Source of the DNA: an uncultured bacterium
GTDB lineage: Bacteria > Armatimonadota > UBA5829
NCBI GenBank assembly: GCA_964494345.1
Contig: CAZBSI010000002.1
Span: forward strand, 113,830 to 177,829
Length of the DNA stretch: 64,000 nt
Reading direction: 5' to 3'
Notes under the pieces: model-generated
What the model was told of the DNA's origin: nothing
What the model saw: only the letters and a program-made list of their open reading frames with translations
Databases searched by the model: none
In this document: positions 1 through 9,350 of the stretch, piece after piece
Layout: the number at the start of each line of letters is the position of its first letter
How positions within the stretch are numbered: the stretch's first letter is position 1
Made by a program: the position numbers and the translations under genes

Positions 1-2509
1 GGACAGATACTATATCCGTTAATCTTATATAGCGAACGTATTCGTCGTCGACTTTTTTGATTGAGCTGATTCCTGTGACGATCACGTATTGCCACTGTTC
101 GTCAATCCAGAGTCGACCGGGCGTCTCACACAGCACGGGGGTTCCTGAGCCGTCGTCGATCGTGAATGTTGTCTGGCCGATATACGTGAACGCTCCCCAC
201 GCTTTTACGAGCAGGCCGATGTTGTTGAGCCCAGCGCCACCAGTCACACCTATTTGGCCGGTTCCCGCGGAAGGATTTCCTGAATCGCCGCCTCCCAGGG
301 ATTTATTCGTCAAGCCGAGCGGGTCGATCATAGCCCATTCACTTTGTGACATCAGCATCCCGACAAGGTAGCGTTCGCCGTTCGCATCGGTCTTCAACTT
401 GCCGACAACGTTGACTCCGTTGCCAACATATTGCCTGTGCCTGGGTCTTTCCACCCTTATGCCGCTCACCCGATTACTGGTCTCAACATAGAAAGAGCCC
501 AGCCAGGAGTCATCTATGCCCGGGACGATGATGCTTTTACTTGTGCGGGCCTCGGTCGGTTGACCTCCCCATGCGGCGGTCACTATAACATCATTGATTT
601 CGACCGCAGCGCCATCCGGGAGGAGTTTGGCAGAGCTTGTGCTGGCCGACACCGCCTCGAACGCCTCTTCTTCAAGTATAACAAGACCGCCACCATCACA
701 TGCTGCGTAGGTGTATCCGTCGGCAGTCGCGACTCCACGCAGACCCGAATAGTTGTTGTACTCCCCGACGCGCTTGGGGTTCTGGGGGTCCGAAACATCA
801 ATCACCAACACTCCATTGTGCTCAACGGCGACATAAAGCCTGCTTTCCACCACTGTAATGTCGGTTGCGACTCCAGAGACATCACATTCACCGACAAACG
901 TCGGATTGGCGGGATTGGATATATCTATGACCTTTAGATAGTTGTAGCCATCGCCGATATACGCGTAGTTGCCCGACACGGCAACGCTCAGGCAGAAGCC
1001 GTCGGTTTGATAGGTCCCTATCAGCAACGGACTCGCCGGGTTGGCGATATTTATAACCTTTAGACCACCATAGTAATCCGCCACATACGCATAAAGTCCG
1101 GATACGGCGATTTTGGTGGCGTAATTGCTCGTCGGAAGGGCGCCAGCAAGCGTAGGCAACGCAGGGTTGGCTATATTTAAAATCACCAAACCGTTATAAT
1201 CATCTGCCACATAGGCATAGTTGCCGACAACTGCGATATCCTGAGAATAGCCGTTTGTGTCGTAGTTACCGACCAGTGTCGGGGCGGCAGGGTCGGAAAT
1301 ATTTACTATTCTGACGCCTTCCTCGCTGCTTGCCACATAGGCATAGTTGCCTGAAACAGCGACGCCGTATCCTGGCAATACGTCCACACATACCCCAACT
1401 GGCCGTGGATTTTCAATATCCGAAATATCCACCACCTGCAGACCCGATTGCCTGTCTGCGACGTAGGCGTAATCACCCGATACGGCGACGTCCTGGGTTG
1501 CATTAAATACGCCATATCGCCCGGATTTTACTGGATTCTCCGGGTCTGTGATATTGATCGCCTGCAGTCCGCCTTCGTAGCAGCAGACATACGCATAGTC
1601 CCCTGCCAGCGCGACATAGACAGACCATCCGTCAGGGTCGATGCTGCTGGCTACCGTCGGATTTGCAGGGTTCGTAATGTCAATTATCTGCAATCCCTTT
1701 GAGCCGTAGGCCACGTAGGCGTAGTTTCCCCGGACAGTAAGCTGGTAGGTATATTCTACGACATTACAGTTTCCAACAACTGTCGGGGCGCTGAGATTAG
1801 CGATGTTTACCACATACATGCCATCGAAGTCGTCCAGCACATAGGCATAGTTGCCGGAAATTGAGACTGAGACTGCGTTAAAGTCGTCACAGTACCCGAC
1901 CAGAGTTGGATCTGCGGGGTCTGATATATCAAAAATCATAAGGCCGCCATAAAAATCGGCAACGAACGCGTGTGTTCCGGAGACCTTCACATCATAGGCG
2001 TAATAGGAGTCTTCATAAGCGCCTGCTAACGTCGGGTTTTGTGGGTCGGATATATCGATTATCTGGAATCCAGTGCCGAAGCAGGCAATATATGCGTAGT
2101 TCCCGGAAATATCGATGGCGTTCGCTGTATAATCGGTGCTTAACGACCCGACCAGAGTTGGATTTTCGGGATCAGATATGTCGAGTATCTGCAGGCCGGC
2201 ATAGGACGCCGCCATATATGCGTAGTCCCCTGAAATTGCCACGTCCTTTATTTGTTCTGGCAGCTTTTCGCTTCTCGCGATCTGCACTGGTTTTGATGGG
2301 TTGGTAACGTCCAAAGCCACAAGGCGTTCGCCCATAGCAGTCCAGGCAATGTCCCCTGAGACATTAACCGCGTTGCAGAAGCCGAAGAAGTCTGAGACCT
2401 CAGATAAAGAATAATACGTGGCCCCGTGCGCCACGCCTGCCCCGAATGCACAGGCAATTACGATTACCAGTGCAATTGAGGATAGAAACCGTGCTGGAAA
2501 TTTCCCCAT
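1..2509 (-). CDS. secreted LVIVD-repeat beta-propeller protein (5' end complete, 3' end runs off window start)
   Basis: Continuous minus-strand frame from ATG at 2509 (RBS GAGGTGG ~7 nt upstream) to position 1. It is absent from the ORF track because there is no stop inside the window. Signal peptide MGKFPARFLSSIALVIVIACAFGAGVAHG. More than 15 tandem ~42-aa repeats of the form SGNYAYVA..GLQIIDISDPxNPTLVG, diagnostic of LVIVD repeats. Confidence 0.7.
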   Translation of the reverse strand, partial: MGKFPARFLSSIALVIVIACAFGAGVAHGATYYSLSEVSDFFGFCNAVNVSGDIAWTAMGERLVALDVTNPSKPVQIARSEKLPEQIKDVAISGDYAYMAASYAGLQILDISDPENPTLVGSLSTDYTANAIDISGNYAYIACFGTGFQIIDISDPQNPTLAGAYEDSYYAYDVKVSGTHAFVADFYGGLMIFDISDPADPTLVGYCDDFNAVSVSISGNYAYVLDDFDGMYVVNIANLSAPTVVGNCNVVEYTYQLTVRGNYAYVAYGSKGLQIIDITNPANPTVASSIDPDGWSVYVALAGDYAYVCCYEGGLQAINITDPENPVKSGRYGVFNATQDVAVSGDYAYVADRQSGLQVVDISDIENPRPVGVCVDVLPGYGVAVSGNYAYVASSEEGVRIVNISDPAAPTLVGNYDTNGYSQDIAVVGNYAYVADDYNGLVILNIANPALPTLAGALPTSNYATKIAVSGLYAYVADYYGGLKVINIANPASPLLIGTYQTDGFCLSVAVSGNYAYIGDGYNYLKVIDISNPANPTFVGECDVSGVATDITVVESRLYVAVEHNGVLVIDVSDPQNPKRVGEYNNYSGLRGVATADGYTYAACDGGGLVILEEEAFEAVSASTSSAKLLPDGAAVEINDVIVTAAWGGQPTEARTSKSIIVPGIDDSWLGSFYVETSNRVSGIRVERPRHRQYVGNGVNVVGKLKTDANGERYLVGMLMSQSEWAMIDPLGLTNKSLGGGDSGNPSAGTGQIGVTGGAGLNNIGLLVKAWGAFTYIGQTTFTIDDGSGTPVLCETPGRLWIDEQWQYVIVTGISSIKKVDDEYVRYIRLTDIVSV

Positions 2510-2715
2510 ATCAACCACCTCTCATTGCTGGATGTCGGAGTTGTGAGTTGGCGGCAAGACGTTGGATGAAAAAGTCTGTTGCCAATGCTTGCCGCCTACG
2601 TATCCGGATGTAAACCCTAAATAATACTGGACACTGTCGCAATATAGCATGACAATTATCCATAGTCAATGACTACTATTTGAATAGCGTCGACTCCAAT
2701 CCGACGATCTTATGG

Positions 2716-3837
2716 TCACCCTTCCAGGCAGACTTCAAACAATTTGCAGGCAAACTCGTCAGTTACTTCGACCGGATTGGTTTGGCGATGGCTGCCGTAG
2801 CGGTTTAATGCTGCCATTACTGCGTCTTTGTCGTTGATAGTCAAGCCGTAGTCGGAGAGGCTGGTTGGTAGTCCGCCGTCCCTGCACAGGTCTATGAGGC
2901 GCTCGGCGACGTCGTCTGCTCCCATTGCACGGCTGACTTCGTCGTATGCTGCGGGGTGTTGCTGTTCATTGAGCCTGATTACTTCCGGAAGCAGTGCTGC
3001 TATTGCCTCGGAATGCCTGATCTTGCCGACCATACAGACCGCAGGGGCCAGGGAGTGCGATGCTCCGAGGCCGTTTTGCATAGCCAGCCCCGCAAAGCTG
3101 CTTCCCATCAGACAATCCAACCGCGCCTGCAGATCGTGCGGGCGGTTTTGACAGATGGGTAGACCCGTGCTCAGGTGTTCAATTGCAGCAAGGGCGATCT
3201 GCCGGGTATATGGGGTTGCCGACAGCGAAACGGCGCTTTCTATGGCGTGGGCGAACGCATCCATAGCGGTAAGTGTGGTGAAGCGCAGGTCGAGGTCGAC
3301 GGTAAGTTCGGGGTCGAGAATGGCCACCGCAGGGGTCATTAACGGGTGGGATATGCTTCTTTTAATTGCCAGTGAATCGTTGGTAAGCACGCTTACCCGC
3401 GTCGCCTCCGAACCCGTACCTGCGGTAGTCGGCACGGCGATCTGAGGAAGCGGAGGGTTTACAATGTCTCGTCTTTTGAGCTGGTAGTCCTCGGTTATGC
3501 CATCGTTCACTGCCACCAAAGCGGCCGCTTTAGCGGTGTCCATTACGCTGCCCCCGCCGATTGATATCAGGAAATCCGCATATTCGGCCCGAATAAAGGC
3601 CGCGAGTTCATCGACTCGTTCGACGGTAGGCTCCTGCGTGACCGGCTCTGAGATGGCGAACTGCACATTGGCTTCATCCAGCGCCTCGCAAAGCTCTGTT
3701 ATTCGCGCACTGCCGGCTAGATGCGAGCCTGTTACTATCGCCGCCCGAAAACCCATCCTGGCGGCCTCTGTCGCTATTTTGCCGAAGCAACCGGCGCCGC
3801 AATGAATAATCGCAGGGCTTGTGATCTCAAATGACAT
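2716..3837 (-). CDS. iron-containing alcohol dehydrogenase family oxidoreductase
   Basis: GGGSVMDTAK and other Fe-ADH family motifs. Start placed at ATG 3837 (MSFEIT..), which has GGAGGGTGG ~9 nt upstream. The ORF-track start at 3846 is a GTG lying inside that RBS. Confidence 0.8.
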   Translation of the reverse strand: MSFEITSPAIIHCGAGCFGKIATEAARMGFRAAIVTGSHLAGSARITELCEALDEANVQFAISEPVTQEPTVERVDELAAFIRAEYADFLISIGGGSVMDTAKAAALVAVNDGITEDYQLKRRDIVNPPLPQIAVPTTAGTGSEATRVSVLTNDSLAIKRSISHPLMTPAVAILDPELTVDLDLRFTTLTAMDAFAHAIESAVSLSATPYTRQIALAAIEHLSTGLPICQNRPHDLQARLDCLMGSSFAGLAMQNGLGASHSLAPAVCMVGKIRHSEAIAALLPEVIRLNEQQHPAAYDEVSRAMGADDVAERLIDLCRDGGLPTSLSDYGLTINDKDAVMAALNRYGSHRQTNPVEVTDEFACKLFEVCLEG

Positions 3838-3904
3838 AGCAACCACCCTCCTGGCGATATTATATCACGATGGGCAGGCTCTTACTCGCTGCCGCTTGAA
3901 ATGA

Positions 3905-4210
3905 CTGGAAGGGAAACGCGAAAGCGCGAAAGGGGCGAAAATCAGAAAATGCCAATAAAGTTTCAGTCGGACTTCGAACATCTGACTTCGGACATCGAAA
4001 AAAGCAGATTTCTCGCTGCGCTCGAAATGACGAGGGAGGGTGCTCGAAATGACAGGGGAAATCAAACGCGAAAGTGCGAAAGGGGCGAAAACCAGAAAAT
4101 GCCAGTAAATTTTCAGTCGGACATCGGATGCCTGACCTCGGACATCGAAAAAAGCAGATTTCTCGCTGCGCTCGAAATGACGAGGGAGGGGTGCTCGAAA
4201 TGACAGGGTT
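3905..4210 (+). repeat. two tandem ~150-bp units of a dispersed modular intergenic repeat (core GGACATCGAAAAAAGCAGATTTCTCGCTGCGCTCGAAATGAC)
   Basis: Units begin at ~3915 and ~4065 with AAACGCGAAAG(C/T)GCGAAAGGGGCGAAAA. Each carries the core followed by GAGGGAGGG(G)TGCTCGAAATGACAGGG. The same core recurs at 11725-11760, 13130-13175 and 26285-26320. Confidence 0.85.
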
Positions 4211-4236
4211 AGGCGGCTTTGTAAAACTACAACCGT

Positions 4237-4331
4237 GAACCGATAACCGAAAACCATCAACCGCCAACCGATAACCGATAACCGATAACCGACAACCGAT
4301 AACCGATAACCGATAACCGATAACCGACAAC
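4237..4331 (+). repeat. heptanucleotide tandem array (AACCGAT)n, ~13 copies
   Basis: aaccgtg aaccgat aaccgaa aaccatc aaccgcc then (aaccgat)x3 aaccgac (aaccgat)x4 aaccgac. It lies 85-180 nt upstream of the GH116 start, in a divergent promoter region. Confidence 0.9.
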
Positions 4332-4414
4332 TTCCTTCAGCAGGAAGGCGAGGTGTAGACGGAGAATTATGCGATAACATTTGCTCCATATTTTCAGGCG
4401 CGGAGGACGACGCA

Positions 4415-6928
4415 ATGGCTGACAGACGAGGCAAATTGTTCGTTATGGGTAAGCAGCGCAGCTTCACCGGCGACGCCCTAAAAGAAATCGCATTTCCACT
4501 GGGCGGGATCGGCTCTGGGACGGTGTCGCTGGGAGGTCGAGGCCAGCTTAGAGACTGGGAGATATTTAACCGTCCACAGAAAGGCAACACACTGCCTTAT
4601 ACTTTCCCTATGATTTATGCTAAGCCGGATGGCGGCGAGGCTGTCGCAAGGGTACTGGAATCGAAACTTCAGCCGCCGTTTATCGAATGGGGCGGGATGT
4701 CGCCGAACAGGCTATGCGGGCTGCCGAGGCTGAAAGAGGCGGAGTTTTATGGGGAATATCCATTTGCGCACGTCGATTTCCGAGATGCAGCACTTCCCGT
4801 CAAAGTCGAGCTTACCGCGTTTAATCCGATGATTCCTCTGAATGAGAAGGATTCCTCCATCCCCTGCGCTATTTTGACTTATAAAGTAACTAACACCGCT
4901 GCGAAGTCCGTCGACTGCTCCATCTGCTGGTCTCTGCATAACCCGGTTGGGGACAGGGAGAGAGTCAATGAGTTCGTAGATGCGGGGAGCTATCGCGGGG
5001 TCAAGATGATTTCGGCGCCATTAAAGCCGGAGGATCTGACCTATGGTTCGATGGCACTGGTGACAACTCATAAGACGGTATCGTGCCGTCAGCACTGGCC
5101 GGCTGAGGGTTGGTGGGATGCCGCTCAGGGGATTTGGGACGATTTCAAGGACGACGGTAATCTCAAAGGGGATACGCTGGATCAGAAGAACTCCGACATC
5201 GCCAGCCTTGCCGCGAAGTTTACCCTCAAGCAGGGTCAGAGCATGGAAGTGCCGTTTATATTCACCTGGTATTTCCCGAACAGGCATAACTATTGGAACA
5301 CCGAGCCTGAGGTAAAAGATGCCCGGCTGCGCAATCGATATGCGGACTGGTGGGAAGGAGCATGGGAGGTCGCGGGATACGTTGTCAATGAGCTGCCCAG
5401 ACTGGAAAAGCAAAGTCGTCTCTTCGGCGATGCTCTATATTCCAGCAGCCTGCCCGCAGTGGCGCTCGATGCGGCCGGGTCGAATATGTCGATTATGCGC
5501 ACACAGACCGGTTTGCTTCTCGACGACGACCGGTTCTACGGATTTGAGGGCTGCGGTGATCAATTCGGCTCCTGTCCTATGAACTGCACCCACGTCTGGA
5601 ACTATGAACAGGCGCTGGCGTACCTGTATCCGCGGTTGGAACGCACCATGCGACTGACGGATTTCACAAACAACGTCGAAGAAAACGGCAAAATGGCGTT
5701 TAGAAGCCTGATTCCGCTGGGGGATTATCTGTGGAAGTTTTACGCAGCCGCCGATGGACAGATGGGCTGCATTCTTAAATTATATAGAGAGTACCTGCTC
5801 AGTGGGGACGTAGAGTTTCTCAAAACGGTCTACCCAAACGCTCGCAAATCGCTCGAGTATGCGTGGAAGGAGTGGGACAAGGACGGGGACGGCGTGATGG
5901 AGGCTGTCCAGCACAACACCTACGACATAGAGTTTTACGGCGCAAACACGATGATGGGCACGCTGTATCTTGGCGCGCTGAAGGCTATGGAGAAAATCTC
6001 CCTTATCCTCGGCGAGCGCGCGTTTGCGGCAAAGTGCAAAACGTTATATGAAAGCGGCTATGAAAAGCACGTCGATAAGCTCTTTAACGGGGAGTATTTC
6101 GAGCAGGACTGCGGCCCGGATTCCGACCGCCGCTACCAGTTCGGCCCGGGCTGTCTCAGCGACCAGCTTCTGGGTCAGTGGTTCTGCGAGGTAGTGGGCC
6201 TCGGCCATACATTGCCGCAGGACAAGATCAAATCCGCCCTTTCTTCCATCTTCAAATATAACTGGAAAAGCGACTTGTCGGATCACGACAGCATCCAGCG
6301 AACCTACGCGCTCAACGACGAAGCCGGGCTGCTGCTGTGTTCGTGGCCGAAAGGGGGCAGGCCGCGATATCCGTTCACCTACGCCGACGAGGTCTGGACC
6401 GGGATAGAGTATCAGGTCGCTGCGCATCTGATTTATGAGGATCTCATTGAAGAGGGCCTGGCGATTGTAAAAGGCGTGCGGGATCGTCATGACGGTATCG
6501 CAAGAAACCCCTGGAACGAGTTCGAGTGCGGCAATCACTACGCCCGTGCGATGGCAAGCTGGTCGCTGCTGCTCGCGTTGTCTGGTTTTCATTGCAACAC
6601 CCACGATCGTTTCATCGCCTTCGCGCCGAAAGTCAACTTCGACGACTTCAAATGCTTCTATTCGACCGGAACCGGATGGGGAGTATTCTCACAGAAGTCT
6701 TCACCTGGTCAATTGGTCGCCGAAATCGGTGTGAGCTTTGGAGAGCTCGATATTCAAGACATACGGCTGGCCATACCGCACGGCGCTCGGTTTACGGATG
6801 TGAAGGTTTCCGAAGCCGGAAGCGGGTTCGGGGCGCATGCGCATACGGACGGCAAATACGCGGTCATAAGACTCAGCGAGCCGGTGAAAATAGGGGCTGG
6901 AGAATCGTTGAAGCTGGAGTTGAGTTAA
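4415..6928 (+). CDS. glycoside hydrolase family 116 (GBA2-type beta-glucosidase/glucosylceramidase-like)
   Basis: N-terminal FPLGGIGSGTVSLGGRGQLRDWEIFN motif typical of the GBA2 N-terminal domain. Length 837 aa. RBS GGAGGA 8 nt upstream of ATG 4415. Confidence 0.75.
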   Translation: MADRRGKLFVMGKQRSFTGDALKEIAFPLGGIGSGTVSLGGRGQLRDWEIFNRPQKGNTLPYTFPMIYAKPDGGEAVARVLESKLQPPFIEWGGMSPNRLCGLPRLKEAEFYGEYPFAHVDFRDAALPVKVELTAFNPMIPLNEKDSSIPCAILTYKVTNTAAKSVDCSICWSLHNPVGDRERVNEFVDAGSYRGVKMISAPLKPEDLTYGSMALVTTHKTVSCRQHWPAEGWWDAAQGIWDDFKDDGNLKGDTLDQKNSDIASLAAKFTLKQGQSMEVPFIFTWYFPNRHNYWNTEPEVKDARLRNRYADWWEGAWEVAGYVVNELPRLEKQSRLFGDALYSSSLPAVALDAAGSNMSIMRTQTGLLLDDDRFYGFEGCGDQFGSCPMNCTHVWNYEQALAYLYPRLERTMRLTDFTNNVEENGKMAFRSLIPLGDYLWKFYAAADGQMGCILKLYREYLLSGDVEFLKTVYPNARKSLEYAWKEWDKDGDGVMEAVQHNTYDIEFYGANTMMGTLYLGALKAMEKISLILGERAFAAKCKTLYESGYEKHVDKLFNGEYFEQDCGPDSDRRYQFGPGCLSDQLLGQWFCEVVGLGHTLPQDKIKSALSSIFKYNWKSDLSDHDSIQRTYALNDEAGLLLCSWPKGGRPRYPFTYADEVWTGIEYQVAAHLIYEDLIEEGLAIVKGVRDRHDGIARNPWNEFECGNHYARAMASWSLLLALSGFHCNTHDRFIAFAPKVNFDDFKCFYSTGTGWGVFSQKSSPGQLVAEIGVSFGELDIQDIRLAIPHGARFTDVKVSEAGSGFGAHAHTDGKYAVIRLSEPVKIGAGESLKLELS

Positions 6929-6938
6929 AATGACACAC

Positions 6939-6970
6939 AGGCCGGGCGTGCCCCGGCCTTTTATTATAAC
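6939..6970. terminator. bidirectional Rho-independent terminator between convergent GH116 and WYL-regulator genes
   Basis: AGGCCGGG-cgtgc-CCCGGCCT hairpin followed by TTTTATTATAA. A U-rich tract is also present on the opposite strand. Confidence 0.7.
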
Positions 6971-6971
6971 G

Positions 6972-7985
6972 CTACACCTCTTCCGGCAGGCTAAGAACTG
7001 CGCACTCCAGTGCGGGAAGCGCTGCTATATCACTCTGGACTAACATCGGTGGTGCGTCATATATCGCGGCCATTGCCGTTGCGTGGGTTCGGATTAAATC
7101 CCGCAGCACTGGCGGCTCCAGTACCTCGGCTTCCTTGCCGAAGCCGAGTATCCATATAGCGATTTCCTCGCATCCCGCGACTGTGGCCTCGAAGATTATC
7201 GAGCCATCGTCTTGCGGGTGGATGACCTGGGTGTGATGTCGCCGAGCCTCAGCCACCATCTCCGCAACTACCGGACTGAACCTAACGCGCACGACAGTCG
7301 GCTCACCACCCGCCCATGCTTCCCAACTGTATTTGAAATAGTCCTGCACCGAAAAGCTCTTGGGCACGTCAAACTCCTCCTCTGTCAAATGCGCTTCTCT
7401 GAACCTCAGCAGCTTGAACATCACCACTCTCTCGTGTTCGTGCGAATGAGCCATAAGATACCAGCTATGACGTCGAAAGACCAGCACATAGGGATCGATG
7501 AGATAGTTTTTAACCCTGTTGCTTTTCTGGGAGCGGTAGACGATCTTAAGTCGTTGACGATGGCCGATAGCTTTTTCGATGGTGCGCGGGATTTCAGGGT
7601 CGATGCTGCCCTGGGTGACAGTGAAACGAATGTCATATCCACACGCAAGCTCGTTTGAGAACTCCAGCGCACGGCCGGACGCGCAGTCTCTGATCTTCAG
7701 CCAGGCGGATTGCATCTGTGTGCGCAAGGGAGACACATCGCTGATCGACAGCGAGCGGATCGCCGTGTGTACGGCCAGCAACTCCTCTGCTGAGAGGTTA
7801 TGGTTCTGCGAATCCAGGCCTTCCTGCAGAAAATATCCCCCTTCAGCCGATACCACGGATACTCCGATGTCTGACGTAAGCTCGCCAAGCCACCTGTATA
7901 TGGTGCGCGGGGAGCGGCCAAGACTGGTCGAAAGTTCATCTATCGTGATGCCAGGCCGCGCACGGAGCAGTTCGATCATATCCAT
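6972..7985 (-). CDS. HTH-WYL-WCX transcriptional regulator (DriD/PafBC-like stand-alone WYL regulator)
   Basis: N-terminal DeoR-type HTH (IELLRARPGITIDELSTSLGRSPRTIYRWL) and a WYL domain (RHSWYLMAHSHEHERVVMFKLLRF), with a C-terminal extension. Start uncertain: ATG 7985, ATG 7979 or TTG 8006. Confidence 0.8.
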   Translation of the reverse strand: MDMIELLRARPGITIDELSTSLGRSPRTIYRWLGELTSDIGVSVVSAEGGYFLQEGLDSQNHNLSAEELLAVHTAIRSLSISDVSPLRTQMQSAWLKIRDCASGRALEFSNELACGYDIRFTVTQGSIDPEIPRTIEKAIGHRQRLKIVYRSQKSNRVKNYLIDPYVLVFRRHSWYLMAHSHEHERVVMFKLLRFREAHLTEEEFDVPKSFSVQDYFKYSWEAWAGGEPTVVRVRFSPVVAEMVAEARRHHTQVIHPQDDGSIIFEATVAGCEEIAIWILGFGKEAEVLEPPVLRDLIRTHATAMAAIYDAPPMLVQSDIAALPALECAVLSLPEEV

Positions 7986-8146
7986 CAGTAAAGCAGCTTT
8001 AGCCAATATGCAATCCCACTTGTATTTACAAAATGTGTTTGAGAATTAGTGATGCGGACTCGAAATCCCTTCTCTTGAATACGGAGGATAACATACGGGC
8101 GGACGCGAAGGTTTCACGTGGAATACTGCGTAAAGGAGACTGATAT

Positions 8147-9205
8147 ATGCATAAAATAGCGATCATCGGCGGAGATGGCACCGGCCCGGAAGTGGTCGTG
8201 GAGGGGCTCAAAGTCCTGCAGGCAGCCAGCCAGAAAACCGGGTTTACTTATGAAACCGTGGACTACGATTTTGGAGGGGAGAGATATCTCCGAACAGGAG
8301 AGATATTGCCGGATTCCGCAGTCGATGAAATGAAGAAATTCGACGCTATCTACCTGGGGGCGATCGGCCATCCGGACGTCAAACCGGGCATTTTGGAGAA
8401 GGGAATCCTGCTGACCCTGCGCTTTGCTTTGGATCAGTATGTAAACCTGCGTCCTGTAAAGCTCTACCCCGGCGTGGATACCCCGCTCAAAGACAAAGGC
8501 CCGGAGGATATCGACTACGTGGTGGTGCGTGAGAACACCGAGGGGTTGTATACCGGCGCTGGTGGCACGCTGAAGAAGGGAACGCCGGACGAAGTCGCTG
8601 TGCAGGAGTCGATCAATACCCGCAAGGGTGTCGAGCGATGTATTCGCTATGCTTTTGAGCTGTGCCGAAAGCGAAATCGGGACAAGAAGCTCACGCTGTG
8701 CGGCAAAACCAACGTTCTGACCTTCGCGTTTGACCTCTGGGAGAGGACTTTCTACGAAGTGGCCAAAGAGTACCCGGATATCACCCCGGATTATGCTCAC
8801 GTGGACGCCACTACTATGTGGATGGTCAAAAACCCGGAGTGGTTTGACTGCATCGTGACGGACAATATGTTTGGCGATATCATCACCGACCTTGGCGCGA
8901 TGACTCAGGGCGGCATGGGTATAGCGGCAGGCGGAAACATCAACCCGGACGGGGTTTCGATGTTCGAGCCAATCGGCGGATCTGCTCCTAAATACACCGG
9001 TATGAACGTTATCAACCCCCTTGCAGCCATCGGCGCGCTACAGATGATGCTGGATACGCTCGGCGAAACTGAGGCCGCTGATCTCGTCGACAAGGCGATA
9101 GCCTATGTCACCGGCAGCAAACTTAAGAGCATGAGCGCGGGCAAGATGGGCTATACCACCTCCGAGGTTGGGGATATGGTCGCCCAGTTCGTCGCTGACG
9201 CTTAG
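8147..9205 (+). CDS. 3-isopropylmalate / tartrate dehydrogenase family (isocitrate-isopropylmalate DH superfamily)
   Basis: [26 protein letters not shown] and GDIITD motifs. Length 352 aa. RBS AAGGAGA. Confidence 0.75.
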   Translation: MHKIAIIGGDGTGPEVVVEGLKVLQAASQKTGFTYETVDYDFGGERYLRTGEILPDSAVDEMKKFDAIYLGAIGHPDVKPGILEKGILLTLRFALDQYVNLRPVKLYPGVDTPLKDKGPEDIDYVVVRENTEGLYTGAGGTLKKGTPDEVAVQESINTRKGVERCIRYAFELCRKRNRDKKLTLCGKTNVLTFAFDLWERTFYEVAKEYPDITPDYAHVDATTMWMVKNPEWFDCIVTDNMFGDIITDLGAMTQGGMGIAAGGNINPDGVSMFEPIGGSAPKYTGMNVINPLAAIGALQMMLDTLGETEAADLVDKAIAYVTGSKLKSMSAGKMGYTTSEVGDMVAQFVADA

Positions 9206-9266
9206 GTTCATAAGCCAACGGCTAAAAACAATAAGCCGGGGTACTTTTGTGGTATTTGCTATCAGG

Positions 9267-9305
9267 CGCCGGGATGTCAGTCTGTCCCGGCGCTTGAGGT
9301 TTAGC
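9267..9305 (+). terminator. possible intrinsic terminator downstream of dehydrogenase gene
   Basis: CGCCGGGA-N10-TCCCGGCG hairpin followed by CTTGAGGTTTAGCTT, a weak U tract. Confidence 0.35.
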
Positions 9306-9350
9306 TTAAGCCAGATCACTGCGATTTGCACATCTTAACGGAGCACGGTC

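Noticed and set aside
3860-4590. ORF-track ORFs inside the repeat region: 3860-4330 (minus), 3865-4590 (minus), 3901-4203 (plus). Similar ORFs occur at 13086-13346, 26104-26572 and 12401-13240.
   Set aside because: Their peptides are direct translations of the dispersed repeat. The same peptides (e.g. RAQREICFFRCP, LAALEMTREG) recur at several loci. They have no RBS and the sequence is low-complexity, so they are repeat artefacts rather than genes.
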